Source of the DNA: a virus
Lineage: Duplodnaviria > Caudoviricetes
Length of the DNA: 29,609 nt
Virus record (IMG/VR): IMGVR_UViG_3300020413_000049
Location: 1 to 29,609 of that record
Strand: one strand, 5' to 3'
The position numbers were made by a program, and so were the translations under genes. The notes below the pieces were generated by a model that saw nothing but the letters and a program-made list of their open reading frames with translations, made no database searches and was not told where the DNA came from. Of the stretch, positions 1-8,160 are shown piece after piece. Each line of letters begins with the position of its first letter. The stretch's first letter is position 1.

Positions 1-134
1 TTCTTTTTAAATAACTTTTGGTAAATGGGTCTAACAATGAACAGATCTATCACCTCAATAAGAAATACAAATCCTAAAAAGACTACCACTCCTGCTAGGA
101 CTATAGGTTCTAATATTTTTAAAAGTATTTTCAT
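1..134 (-). CDS. Small predicted membrane protein, runs off the left edge
   Basis: Manual translation from ATG at 134: MKILLKILEPIVLAGVVVFLGFVFLIEVIDLFIVRPIYQKLFKK..., a hydrophobic stretch followed by a basic tail. The ATG overlaps the TGA of the upstream ORF (ATGA). Not in the ORF track. Confidence 0.6.
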   Translation of the reverse strand, partial: MKILLKILEPIVLAGVVVFLGFVFLIEVIDLFIVRPIYQKLFKK

Positions 135-292
135 GACCATAATCTTCTTAACTGACGAACATCAGTTACACCATATAATGCTTTAACAGTTGATTCAGCA
201 TCTTCTCTTAAATTAGATGGTGAGAAAAACTCTACTCTTGTTAATCTATTTGACTGTAACATTATCTGTGCAGTCCATTTAGTTTCCTTCAT
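131..292 (-). CDS. Small hypothetical phage protein (53 aa)
   Basis: Manual translation MKETKWTAQIMLQSNRLTRVEFFSPSNLREDAESTVKALYGVTDVRQLRRLWS*. Fills the gap between neighbours and overlaps both. Not in the ORF track. Confidence 0.7.
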   Translation of the reverse strand: MKETKWTAQIMLQSNRLTRVEFFSPSNLREDAESTVKALYGVTDVRQLRRLWS

Positions 293-1643
293 TTAAATTC
301 TCACTCCAACAATATTCTGGTTCTGGTTTCATAGTATCATAAATGTTCGGATGATTCAATAGAGCTCTTCTATAAGCACCAAATTTAATTCCCCTACCCC
401 AACCAAGATGTTCTCCAAACAATTCTTTTTTTGTCATCGATTTATTATCTTTAATTAATTGAACTAGTTTATCTGTTACTTCTGATTTTGTTTGATGTAA
501 TGTATTAACTAACCCATTAATATAGTTGCTCATAAAATTAATTTCATCTTCATATAAAAGATTATTTTCAATATAATCTATAGACTCTACTGATTTTTTT
601 GCACGATAACTTGGATCATCTAGATATTTATTTAGAAGAACTATAGCTTCTTTATTAGAAGTAAAAAAGTCTGCTGTAGGATTAAGTTCGTGATAGTAGT
701 CAGCATCATACATGATAAAAGGACAACCATTCATTAAACCATCTGTAGTAGAAACACTCCATCCACCATACTTTTGTTTGGGTGAAAACCCTACACAGCA
801 TTGACGAAGTTTTTCATAGTAACCTTTTTTATTAAATTTATCTGTAATAATCCATTTCTCTTTTGGTTTTTGATCTAATAAAGGCACCCATACTTTAAAA
901 TCTTTTCTGGTTTTCCGTAACTCTTTGACTATCTCTATAAAATTTTTATAATCTTTATATGTCTCTGGTCTATGATTAAATACAATAATTTTTTCATAAG
1001 GAATTATAGTTTTATCAATATCTCTTTTCTTAACGCCAAGATGTTGAACTTGTATTTTATCTTTTAAGTCTTCTATAATATGTGTATTAAAAACTTCAGA
1101 AGCTTGTTCTATAACCATTCTTTTCTGTGATTCAGTATTTACATAACAAGTATCCATTTCTAGAATACCTAAAATGTTTTTATTAAAACTTGGATGAGAC
1201 CATGTAACAACATCATGTAAATCAAACCAATGAGAATATCCAAAGTAAGCTGGACTGTGATGTGTAATATTACTAACTACATTTTTAACATCAGATGTAT
1301 GTTCTGGAAGATGTGAAAATACTAAATCAAAATCAAAATCATGACCAACTAATTTCTTGAATGTAAATACATCAAAGTGTGATCTCATCGTTGGCGGATA
1401 AGATGGAAACTTCATATAAAGTTGTTTGACATTTGGAAAATCTACACAATCCAAATACTCAGGCAGAATCATATAAAAGAATAGATCACTTCTAATCTTA
1501 TTCAACTCAGTTATCATATTTGTAATAACTTGAATGTAACTATCCTTTCTTAAATCTTTTAAGTAAGTAATGTTAGGATAGATTAGAATACGAATAGTCT
1601 TTCGTAAAATTATTTCATCTTCAATAAAAGCAGTTAAGTTCAT
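279..1643 (-). CDS. GT-B fold (GT4-like) glycosyltransferase, possibly DNA-modifying
   Basis: 454 aa with a two-Rossmann-domain pattern: RILIYP, FDLVFSHLPE, IIVFNHRPETYK, and a C-terminal nucleotide-sugar-binding-like segment YGGWSVSTTDGLMNGCPFIMYD. ATGA overlap with the upstream gene. Confidence 0.75.
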   Translation of the reverse strand: MNLTAFIEDEIILRKTIRILIYPNITYLKDLRKDSYIQVITNMITELNKIRSDLFFYMILPEYLDCVDFPNVKQLYMKFPSYPPTMRSHFDVFTFKKLVGHDFDFDLVFSHLPEHTSDVKNVVSNITHHSPAYFGYSHWFDLHDVVTWSHPSFNKNILGILEMDTCYVNTESQKRMVIEQASEVFNTHIIEDLKDKIQVQHLGVKKRDIDKTIIPYEKIIVFNHRPETYKDYKNFIEIVKELRKTRKDFKVWVPLLDQKPKEKWIITDKFNKKGYYEKLRQCCVGFSPKQKYGGWSVSTTDGLMNGCPFIMYDADYYHELNPTADFFTSNKEAIVLLNKYLDDPSYRAKKSVESIDYIENNLLYEDEINFMSNYINGLVNTLHQTKSEVTDKLVQLIKDNKSMTKKELFGEHLGWGRGIKFGAYRRALLNHPNIYDTMKPEPEYCWSENLNEGN

Positions 1644-2755
1644 CGTATGATATCAATGGTATTCAAAGTTTTTTCGTTCCAAACTTCAAGTTCAGTTCTA
1701 AGAGTATTCTCTTTCTTTAATTTATCAAATCTTTTAGTGGCTCTTTTCTTCCACCACTGAATTAAATTTTTTAGATAAAACTTATCAAAATTAATTTCAT
1801 TTTTAATTAACTTATCTGTTTTACCTAGTAGAACTTCTCTGACATTACCATATCCATAATCAGACATATAAAATCTTTTCTTTGTGGTTACATCTTCACG
1901 GCTTTTGATAAATTGTTTGAACTCTTCAAATTTATCTGGATGATTTTGTTTTAATGAGTTCTTAATAATAGAAATCATTTTTGTTTGTACTTTTAGTTTA
2001 CGACTAGAAGCACCTTTATGAATTAACTGTTCTCCATCATTCTTCTCTATAAACCACTTATGTAAATCGTGATATATGTTATCAGGTAGAGTAAGAAGAA
2101 ACTTTGAATCAGTGTCGCCAAGATATTTGACATATGGTTTTAGTCCGTCATATTGACTTGTACCTTTTATATTACCATACAATGATGTAGTCTCAAATAG
2201 ACACATTTCTGTATTGTATTTTTTATTCAACATTTGTCTGACTTCATGAGAAGCACAGACTAGAGATAACAATTTACCACCCAGATAATTATATCCAAAT
2301 GGTTGTACAGGTACAATAATGAAACCCATTATTGCCCTCTTGTTGAATATGGTGAGGTCAGGCACCCCTCCAAGGTACTCGTTTCTAGGTCTTGAGTTAA
2401 TTATGGGCGATCCAAGTTTAATGAATCCTACAACCTTATTTGTGGTTGTTTCTTGAATTATGATTTTTACTTCTTTGCCAGGCGCATCTTCATATGTAAA
2501 AGATGCTGTCATTTCCAAAAGAGTATTAAAAGTAGAATGATCAGGTGTTACAATTTTGAAATCCATATCTTGTGGACTCATATCATAACTTTGAAAGAGA
2601 TCATCTTCCCATTTCATACCAAAAAGAGGAGTCGGAATCTTATTGATTCGCTCCATCTTTTTCATACGAAAATAATCATCAATACGTTCTACACCATCAT
2701 ACGCTTGATGAATTTTACCATAAGCGTATAGTGTATCTTCTGGAGTTAAAATCAT
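1640..2755 (-). CDS. DUF4338 / Druantia DruA-like protein
   Basis: 371 aa with motifs PGK..., VGFIKLGSP, PFGYNYLGGKLL, ETTSLYG and SQYDGL, which I recognise as the DUF4338/DruA pattern. ATGA overlap with gp44. Confidence 0.7.
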   Translation of the reverse strand: MILTPEDTLYAYGKIHQAYDGVERIDDYFRMKKMERINKIPTPLFGMKWEDDLFQSYDMSPQDMDFKIVTPDHSTFNTLLEMTASFTYEDAPGKEVKIIIQETTTNKVVGFIKLGSPIINSRPRNEYLGGVPDLTIFNKRAIMGFIIVPVQPFGYNYLGGKLLSLVCASHEVRQMLNKKYNTEMCLFETTSLYGNIKGTSQYDGLKPYVKYLGDTDSKFLLTLPDNIYHDLHKWFIEKNDGEQLIHKGASSRKLKVQTKMISIIKNSLKQNHPDKFEEFKQFIKSREDVTTKKRFYMSDYGYGNVREVLLGKTDKLIKNEINFDKFYLKNLIQWWKKRATKRFDKLKKENTLRTELEVWNEKTLNTIDIIR

Positions 2756-3699
2756 TTAAATTTGCAATCACACATAATTTCAGTAAAACAAGCAAGTGTA
2801 TTGATCTCTTGATCAACAGCAAATGCAGCCTGATACTGATATTTAGCAAGAATCAATATAGCCTGTGGAATCGACATTGGTTCTAGCGCATTATATAAGG
2901 TATCGTAGACTCTACGAATAACAATATTAACATCATTGTCAAGATTGTCAACTGTCCACTTTCTTACATCAGCAAAGTTTTTTGTTTTCAATGCTGATAT
3001 TAGTCCTGTAAGATTTACTTCTGACATCATTGATAAGATGCCAGTATCTATTTTTCCACATGCAGAATATCTCTGCAATTCGTTTAGCGTTCTCCGAAAG
3101 TCTGGGAAATACTTTTGTATAACTTCTGCGAGTACTTTTTGATCGCACTCGATCCCTTCTCCGCCAAGGATCTTAGAAACCTTTTTGAAGAAAGACGATG
3201 CAAGAGAAGCTCTTTCTCTTCCTTTGAAAGTAAAGTCAAAAACGGCACATCTGGAATGGAGTGGTTCGATGATTTTGTTTTTGAAGTTGCAGGTGAAGAC
3301 GAACCTACAGTTGGCGTGAAACGTTTCAATATTCGCTCGTAAAAGAAGTTGGACATCGTTGGTAGTATTATCTGCCTCATCAATAATGATGACTTTTGGT
3401 TTGCCGTTACCCTGTAACGATACAGTAGAAGCAAAGTTTTTAGCTTGATTTCTTACAGTATCTAGGAATCTTCCTTCGTCAGAACCATTGATAACATAAT
3501 AATCAACACCTAATTCATTACAAAGAGCTTTTGCAATAGTTGTTTTACCAGTACCAGCAGGCCCAGCAAGTAAGAGATTTGGAATCTCTCCTTTGTCAAC
3601 AAATTCTTGAAAAGTCTTTTTTATGTTATCTGGTAAAATACAATCTTCAATTTTTTGTGGTCGATACTTTTCGACCCAAAGAAAGTTTTCACGCTTCAT
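2752..3699 (-). CDS. gp44: Clamp loader large subunit (AAA+)
   Basis: LWVEKYRP, Walker A GPAGTGKTT, Walker B IIIDEAD, SRC motif. Follows gp45. Confidence 0.97.
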   Translation of the reverse strand: MKRENFLWVEKYRPQKIEDCILPDNIKKTFQEFVDKGEIPNLLLAGPAGTGKTTIAKALCNELGVDYYVINGSDEGRFLDTVRNQAKNFASTVSLQGNGKPKVIIIDEADNTTNDVQLLLRANIETFHANCRFVFTCNFKNKIIEPLHSRCAVFDFTFKGRERASLASSFFKKVSKILGGEGIECDQKVLAEVIQKYFPDFRRTLNELQRYSACGKIDTGILSMMSEVNLTGLISALKTKNFADVRKWTVDNLDNDVNIVIRRVYDTLYNALEPMSIPQAILILAKYQYQAAFAVDQEINTLACFTEIMCDCKFK

Positions 3700-4354
3700 A
3701 AGTTGAATCAGGTTCTAGGGCAATCCAATACACTAAATCTAAACTTGTATGTTTAAACACAGATAGATTAGGATGGGATATAGTTACATCGTATACGCCT
3801 GGCAATATTTTTAAGTTTTCAACTTTGAAATTGAAACAGAAATTTGCAGTTGTATTTCCTACAGAAACAGCATAAGTGTTTGAACTATTGTTCTGTTTGT
3901 CTCTTGCAACAAAAAGCATGTCACCATCTTGACTAATCAAAGATAAGTCAGCAAGTTGATATACACTTGAAGCTTTGAGCAATGAGTTGAGATCAACATC
4001 AGATAGTTGAAAAGTTACATCTTCACTAGGAAGATCAATATCTCTTTCTGGAGGAGCAGTAATTACACTAGCATCAGAATAAAAATATTTGGTGCAAGAT
4101 CTACCACTTTTAATTTTAACATAAGATTCATCAAAAAGAAAGTCTGGATCTTTAAATAAAGATACACCAGATAAGAACTCATTTAAATCATAAAGGGCAA
4201 AATCACGTTCAAAAGTTTCTCCTCCATTATACTTAGCATAAATGTTTTTCATAGGAGAGATTGTCCTAAGAACATTTCCAGTCTTCACAACTAAGGAAGG
4301 ACTGATATTAGAGAAATTTTTAAGAACGTTAAAGGTTTCAGAAGATAAATTCAT
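3689..4354 (-). CDS. gp45: Sliding clamp
   Basis: 221 aa. N-terminus LSSETFNVLKNFSNISPS, DFALYDLNEFL, C-terminal YWIALE. Adjacent to gp44. Confidence 0.95.
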   Translation of the reverse strand: MNLSSETFNVLKNFSNISPSLVVKTGNVLRTISPMKNIYAKYNGGETFERDFALYDLNEFLSGVSLFKDPDFLFDESYVKIKSGRSCTKYFYSDASVITAPPERDIDLPSEDVTFQLSDVDLNSLLKASSVYQLADLSLISQDGDMLFVARDKQNNSSNTYAVSVGNTTANFCFNFKVENLKILPGVYDVTISHPNLSVFKHTSLDLVYWIALEPDSTYEA

Positions 4355-4659
4355 TTGTCATAATCAACAGAGAATGATGTCGTACCATCATTGAGAGCCT
4401 GCCCTCGGGCAGTTTTGTCATTGAAGTGAAGAAGTAAAACAGCGTAATGACATACTTTGATAATGTCCTTACGTGCTGAACCTTTCCTATCATAACGTGA
4501 AGCGTATTTCAATATATTCGATCTACAGAACGCTTCGGCATCACCAACAGCATCGATGAGGTCAAGAGTTTGAACCCCACCTTGACTGTAGTGACCACTG
4601 TAAGTCGAATTAATATAATCTGAGACTTCTTTTAGAAGCTCATCCTCATTATATTTCAT
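4351..4659 (-). CDS. DUF3310-family protein
   Basis: HYSQGGVQTLDLI...FCRSNILKYASRYDRKG...DIIKVCHY matches the DUF3310 pattern. Confidence 0.75.
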   Translation of the reverse strand: MKYNEDELLKEVSDYINSTYSGHYSQGGVQTLDLIDAVGDAEAFCRSNILKYASRYDRKGSARKDIIKVCHYAVLLLHFNDKTARGQALNDGTTSFSVDYDK

Positions 4660-4688
4660 AACATATTTTTAAGGATGTATACATTTTA

Positions 4689-5831
4689 CTATGAAAATGT
4701 CTCTATGTCAACAACATCTGTTTTTGCAGTTGTTTTTTCTTCAGCAACTTCTTCAGGCATTACGATCTTATCGTATAAGTCTAAGAATGATTGTTTTGTT
4801 TCTTCATCAAAACGATTTAAGCAAACTTGAATTGCTTTAGTTTCATTTTTAAAGATAGAAAAAGCACGAACAATATGTGTTAGACGGCGAGTAGAAATAA
4901 CTTCATCTACACCACCTTCAGCAAATGTCTTACGAATAATATCTGCCCACTTAGTAAGATTTTCAATGAAAGTTTTATTTGTCTTACCATTCAACTGAAT
5001 ATCAAGAGCAGTTAGAATCTTTTGTTCTACTGATTCAGAGGGATATTCTTGTTCAAATGTGAGGGCGAATCTTTCAAGGAAGGCTTCATTGAGCACGTTA
5101 GTTCCAATAAATCGTCCATCGTCTGAACCTTTACCCTTAGTATTTGCGGTTGCGATGATATTGAATCCTCGCTGGGGTCTAACGAAACTTCCAATTTTTT
5201 TAAGGTAAACACCAGATCCCTCAAGGATTGACTGAAGGCAGAGGATCTTGTTAGAGGCAAGGTCGATTTCGTCAAGGAGCAAGATTGCACCTCGGTTGAG
5301 GGCTTCGATGACTGGGCCATTGTGCCATACGGTTTCACCATTAACAAGGCGGAAACCACCAATAAGATCATCTTCATCTGTTTCAATAGTAATGTTTACA
5401 CGAATAAGTTGTCTTCCGAGTTGAGCACACGCTTGTTCAACACCGAATGTTTTTCCATTACCAGATAATCCAGTAATGAATGTTGGATAAAATACACCAG
5501 ATTTAATAACTTTTTTTATGTCATTGAAGTTACCAAAAGGCACATAGTTTGGATCTTTAGCAGGAACTAGATCCTTAGCATTTAAATATGCAGTATCAAA
5601 AGAATCTACTAACATTGGTTTTGCAGTTTTGGTTTTAAAATTCTTTTCTAGTTTTTCTGCAATTGATAGATTCCATACACCTCTAGAAGCTTTGTATGGT
5701 TTTAATCTTTTAAGAACAGTAGAAAGAGAAACTCCTAATTTTTTGGCAGTGTCAGTGATTTGTTGACGAGTCACAGTTGTGCCGTGTTGAGTCTTCAGAT
5801 TTTCAAGAATTGTTTCAGTTGTGATGATCAT
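4689..5831 (-). CDS. cobS: CobS-like MoxR-type AAA+ ATPase with N-terminal HTH-like region
   Basis: Walker A GLSGNGKT, DLIGG, Walker B LLLDEID, TANTKGKG, NEAFLERF, ISTRRL. Confidence 0.9.
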   Translation of the reverse strand: MIITTETILENLKTQHGTTVTRQQITDTAKKLGVSLSTVLKRLKPYKASRGVWNLSIAEKLEKNFKTKTAKPMLVDSFDTAYLNAKDLVPAKDPNYVPFGNFNDIKKVIKSGVFYPTFITGLSGNGKTFGVEQACAQLGRQLIRVNITIETDEDDLIGGFRLVNGETVWHNGPVIEALNRGAILLLDEIDLASNKILCLQSILEGSGVYLKKIGSFVRPQRGFNIIATANTKGKGSDDGRFIGTNVLNEAFLERFALTFEQEYPSESVEQKILTALDIQLNGKTNKTFIENLTKWADIIRKTFAEGGVDEVISTRRLTHIVRAFSIFKNETKAIQVCLNRFDEETKQSFLDLYDKIVMPEEVAEEKTTAKTDVVDIETFS

Positions 5832-5854
5832 GAGGGTTGTCTTTGTATGTTACT

Positions 5855-5883
5855 ATTATAGTTCAAACGCTTAGCGTTGTCAA
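5855..5883 (-). promoter_or_regulatory. Sigma70-type promoter for cobS
   Basis: Perfect TTGACA (5883-5878), 17 bp spacer, TATAAT (5860-5855). The spacer contains the inverted repeat AACGCT-N-AGCGTT. Confidence 0.85.
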
Positions 5884-8087
5884 GCGATTTGATCAACAAA
5901 TTTAGATAAGAGTATCTTATGGAAACTCTTACTTTTGATATGTTTTTTAAATTCGTTTCTCAATTTACTTTTAGTTGAATTACTATTAGCATTCATCTCT
6001 TCAACTTCGCCAAATCCTTTACCCATTTTAATTATATACAACTCATTGTATCCTAGATTCTTTTCTATAACATATCCATTTCTTTTCCATACTTTTGTAA
6101 ATTGATCTCTATCAAGTGATCCTGATCTTGTAATTGAAGCAGGTTTTTCATTACATAATCTGTATCCTACAACGTTACTTCCAGTAATCCAACGATAGTA
6201 TTGAATTAGTTTACTGGTAACATCAAATGATCTTGCTGACCAAGAATCATAGCCTGGTTCTACCAATTTATGTTGTTGATAACCACTCTTAGGATCATTG
6301 AAATTTACTGAACTACCACTATTTCCAACGTGAGATCTTGAAGTCCACTCATTACCATCTTCATCTTTTCTACTTTTGTTTGCAGTTAAATGATTTGATT
6401 CTCCATCAGTTAGGAATACTGTATTGACTTTCTCAACTTTAGTATTTTTAACAAACTTTTTATACAAGTAAGACGCTGCAAAGATAGTTTCATTTAATGG
6501 TGTTCCACCCATTTCATATACACCCATACCATCAACACTATGTACAAAATTATCCTGAGTCATTTTAGTCAACATCCATACAGCATCCATCTGAACATCT
6601 AGTTTAGTTTTACTTTGTGAATTAAAGAATTGAACTAAATGAAAACAATCATTGACGGCAACTGTATTATTTTTTTCAGAACATTTACTGTATTGTTTTC
6701 CACCATAATAATGATCAGAAGCACGATTCTCTACAAAAGAATAAACCTCAAAAGGAATATTTACTTTCTTACAGAATTGAACAATATTGAATAGTTGTTT
6801 GATAGTTGGAAGTAACTCATTATGCATTGAGCCAGACCAATCAACAAACATCATCAATCCATGATTTTTACCATCAGGAACTACTGAAACTTTTTTGAAA
6901 AGATCTTCATTAAATTTATAAGTATGAAGTTTTGCTGTATCAAGAACACCAGTTTTAGAAGTTGTTGAACGAGCATATGCTGATGCAGATTTTTTCATCT
7001 CAAATTCTTTAACAAGAAAATTAACTTCTTTCTTAGAAGATAACTTGTACTCACTTAATTCTTGATTATACTTATCAAGTAATTTTTGATCTTTAGCAGG
7101 ACTATTCAAACTATATGTAAAAACTACTTTATCTCTTAGTTTTGATTTAGCATAATTCATATCATCTATAACTTTATCATTGTAAGTGATGTAGTCTTCC
7201 CAATTACATTCTGGAGGAGTAACAGTTGACCATGTATCCTTAGAAAGTAATTTCTTTTGATTACGATTAAATGATGATTGAGTGCTGACTTCCATATCAT
7301 CTTCATCTTCTTCTTCATCATTAAGAAGATTTTCAATTTCATCTAGATAGTCTTCTAATGAATCCCAAGGTTGCTTTGGATCTATAGTCAGTTGATCAGG
7401 TGTTTCTTCAATCAATTCTTCTTTATCTTCTTCGTTTGATGATTCTTTACTTGGAGATCCTTTTATAGTTTCATCAGCATTTTGTGGTCTACCTGTACTA
7501 CTCATTTGAATCTCAGGTAATTCTACATCTGATTCTTTTTTAGTTTTATGTAATTGCATAAACTCATGTATGTCTCTTGCAACTTTACAAACTTCATCAA
7601 ATGTAGTTGCACTCCTAGTTAGTTCTATAAATTTCTTTTCTTCTTCTTTAAAAGGAATTATACATGATACATCAGCAATACCAATTTTGAAATATAAATT
7701 AATTCTATCTATTAAATTAAATTCTTTTAAATTTTTACCCTCAATTTCAAAGAAATCTTTTTTGATAAGTTCTTTATAACCACTACAAAATGACTTGATA
7801 AGGCCTGGATATGTAGATTTGATCATTCTCTCAATACGAGCATCTTCTACAACATTTACATATGAACTAGGAATATCAGCATCTATTTTTTCGTTTGGTG
7901 TGTAAAGAGCATGACCAACTTCGTGACCTACAAGCATATCATATACATCTTCAGATGCTTCCCATACAGGTAGAGTCAAAACTCTATTAACAACATCAAA
8001 TGATGCTGTTTCTACATTAGCATGTTCTACTACTAGGTTCTCTGTAGCAAGTAGTTTTGCGAGATTGGTTTTAACCCCTTGATTCAT
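5880..8087 (-). CDS. HExxH metallopeptidase-like domain plus VWA (CobT-like) protein
   Basis: LVGHEVGHALYT and NVVEDARIE, then an acidic linker, then VWA MIDAS motifs FVDWSGSM, GGTPLNE and FLTDGES. Start moved to ATG 8087 (MNQGVK) because an AGAGGA RBS and a promoter lie just upstream. Confidence 0.85.
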   Translation of the reverse strand: MNQGVKTNLAKLLATENLVVEHANVETASFDVVNRVLTLPVWEASEDVYDMLVGHEVGHALYTPNEKIDADIPSSYVNVVEDARIERMIKSTYPGLIKSFCSGYKELIKKDFFEIEGKNLKEFNLIDRINLYFKIGIADVSCIIPFKEEEKKFIELTRSATTFDEVCKVARDIHEFMQLHKTKKESDVELPEIQMSSTGRPQNADETIKGSPSKESSNEEDKEELIEETPDQLTIDPKQPWDSLEDYLDEIENLLNDEEEDEDDMEVSTQSSFNRNQKKLLSKDTWSTVTPPECNWEDYITYNDKVIDDMNYAKSKLRDKVVFTYSLNSPAKDQKLLDKYNQELSEYKLSSKKEVNFLVKEFEMKKSASAYARSTTSKTGVLDTAKLHTYKFNEDLFKKVSVVPDGKNHGLMMFVDWSGSMHNELLPTIKQLFNIVQFCKKVNIPFEVYSFVENRASDHYYGGKQYSKCSEKNNTVAVNDCFHLVQFFNSQSKTKLDVQMDAVWMLTKMTQDNFVHSVDGMGVYEMGGTPLNETIFAASYLYKKFVKNTKVEKVNTVFLTDGESNHLTANKSRKDEDGNEWTSRSHVGNSGSSVNFNDPKSGYQQHKLVEPGYDSWSARSFDVTSKLIQYYRWITGSNVVGYRLCNEKPASITRSGSLDRDQFTKVWKRNGYVIEKNLGYNELYIIKMGKGFGEVEEMNANSNSTKSKLRNEFKKHIKSKSFHKILLSKFVDQIA

Positions 8088-8109
8088 AAGTCCTCTTGTG
8101 TATATGGCT

Positions 8110-8138
8110 ATTATAACGCCATCAAAGCGCTTAGTCAA
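8110..8138 (-). promoter_or_regulatory. Sigma70-type promoter for the peptidase/VWA gene
   Basis: TTGACT (8138-8133), 17 bp spacer, TATAAT (8115-8110). Confidence 0.8.
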
Positions 8139-8160
8139 TGGGTTGATTGATTAGTATATC

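Noticed and set aside
1640-2755. A complete Druantia defence system
   Set aside because: Only a DruA-like gene is present. There is no DruE helicase or other Dru gene in the window.
3084-5386. Alternative-frame minus-strand ORFs 3084-3434 and 5027-5386
   Set aside because: They are nested in gp44 and cobS, and the locally higher GC explains the lack of stop codons.
4689-5831. cobS as evidence of cobalamin synthesis
   Set aside because: No cobN or other pathway gene is present in the window, and the motifs support only a MoxR-type ATPase.
7290-7445. TCT/TCA-rich low-complexity repeats
   Set aside because: They simply encode the Glu/Asp-rich linker of the peptidase/VWA protein.
8088-8138. 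17 aa N-terminal extension of the peptidase/VWA ORF
   Set aside because: This stretch is the gene's own promoter and RBS.
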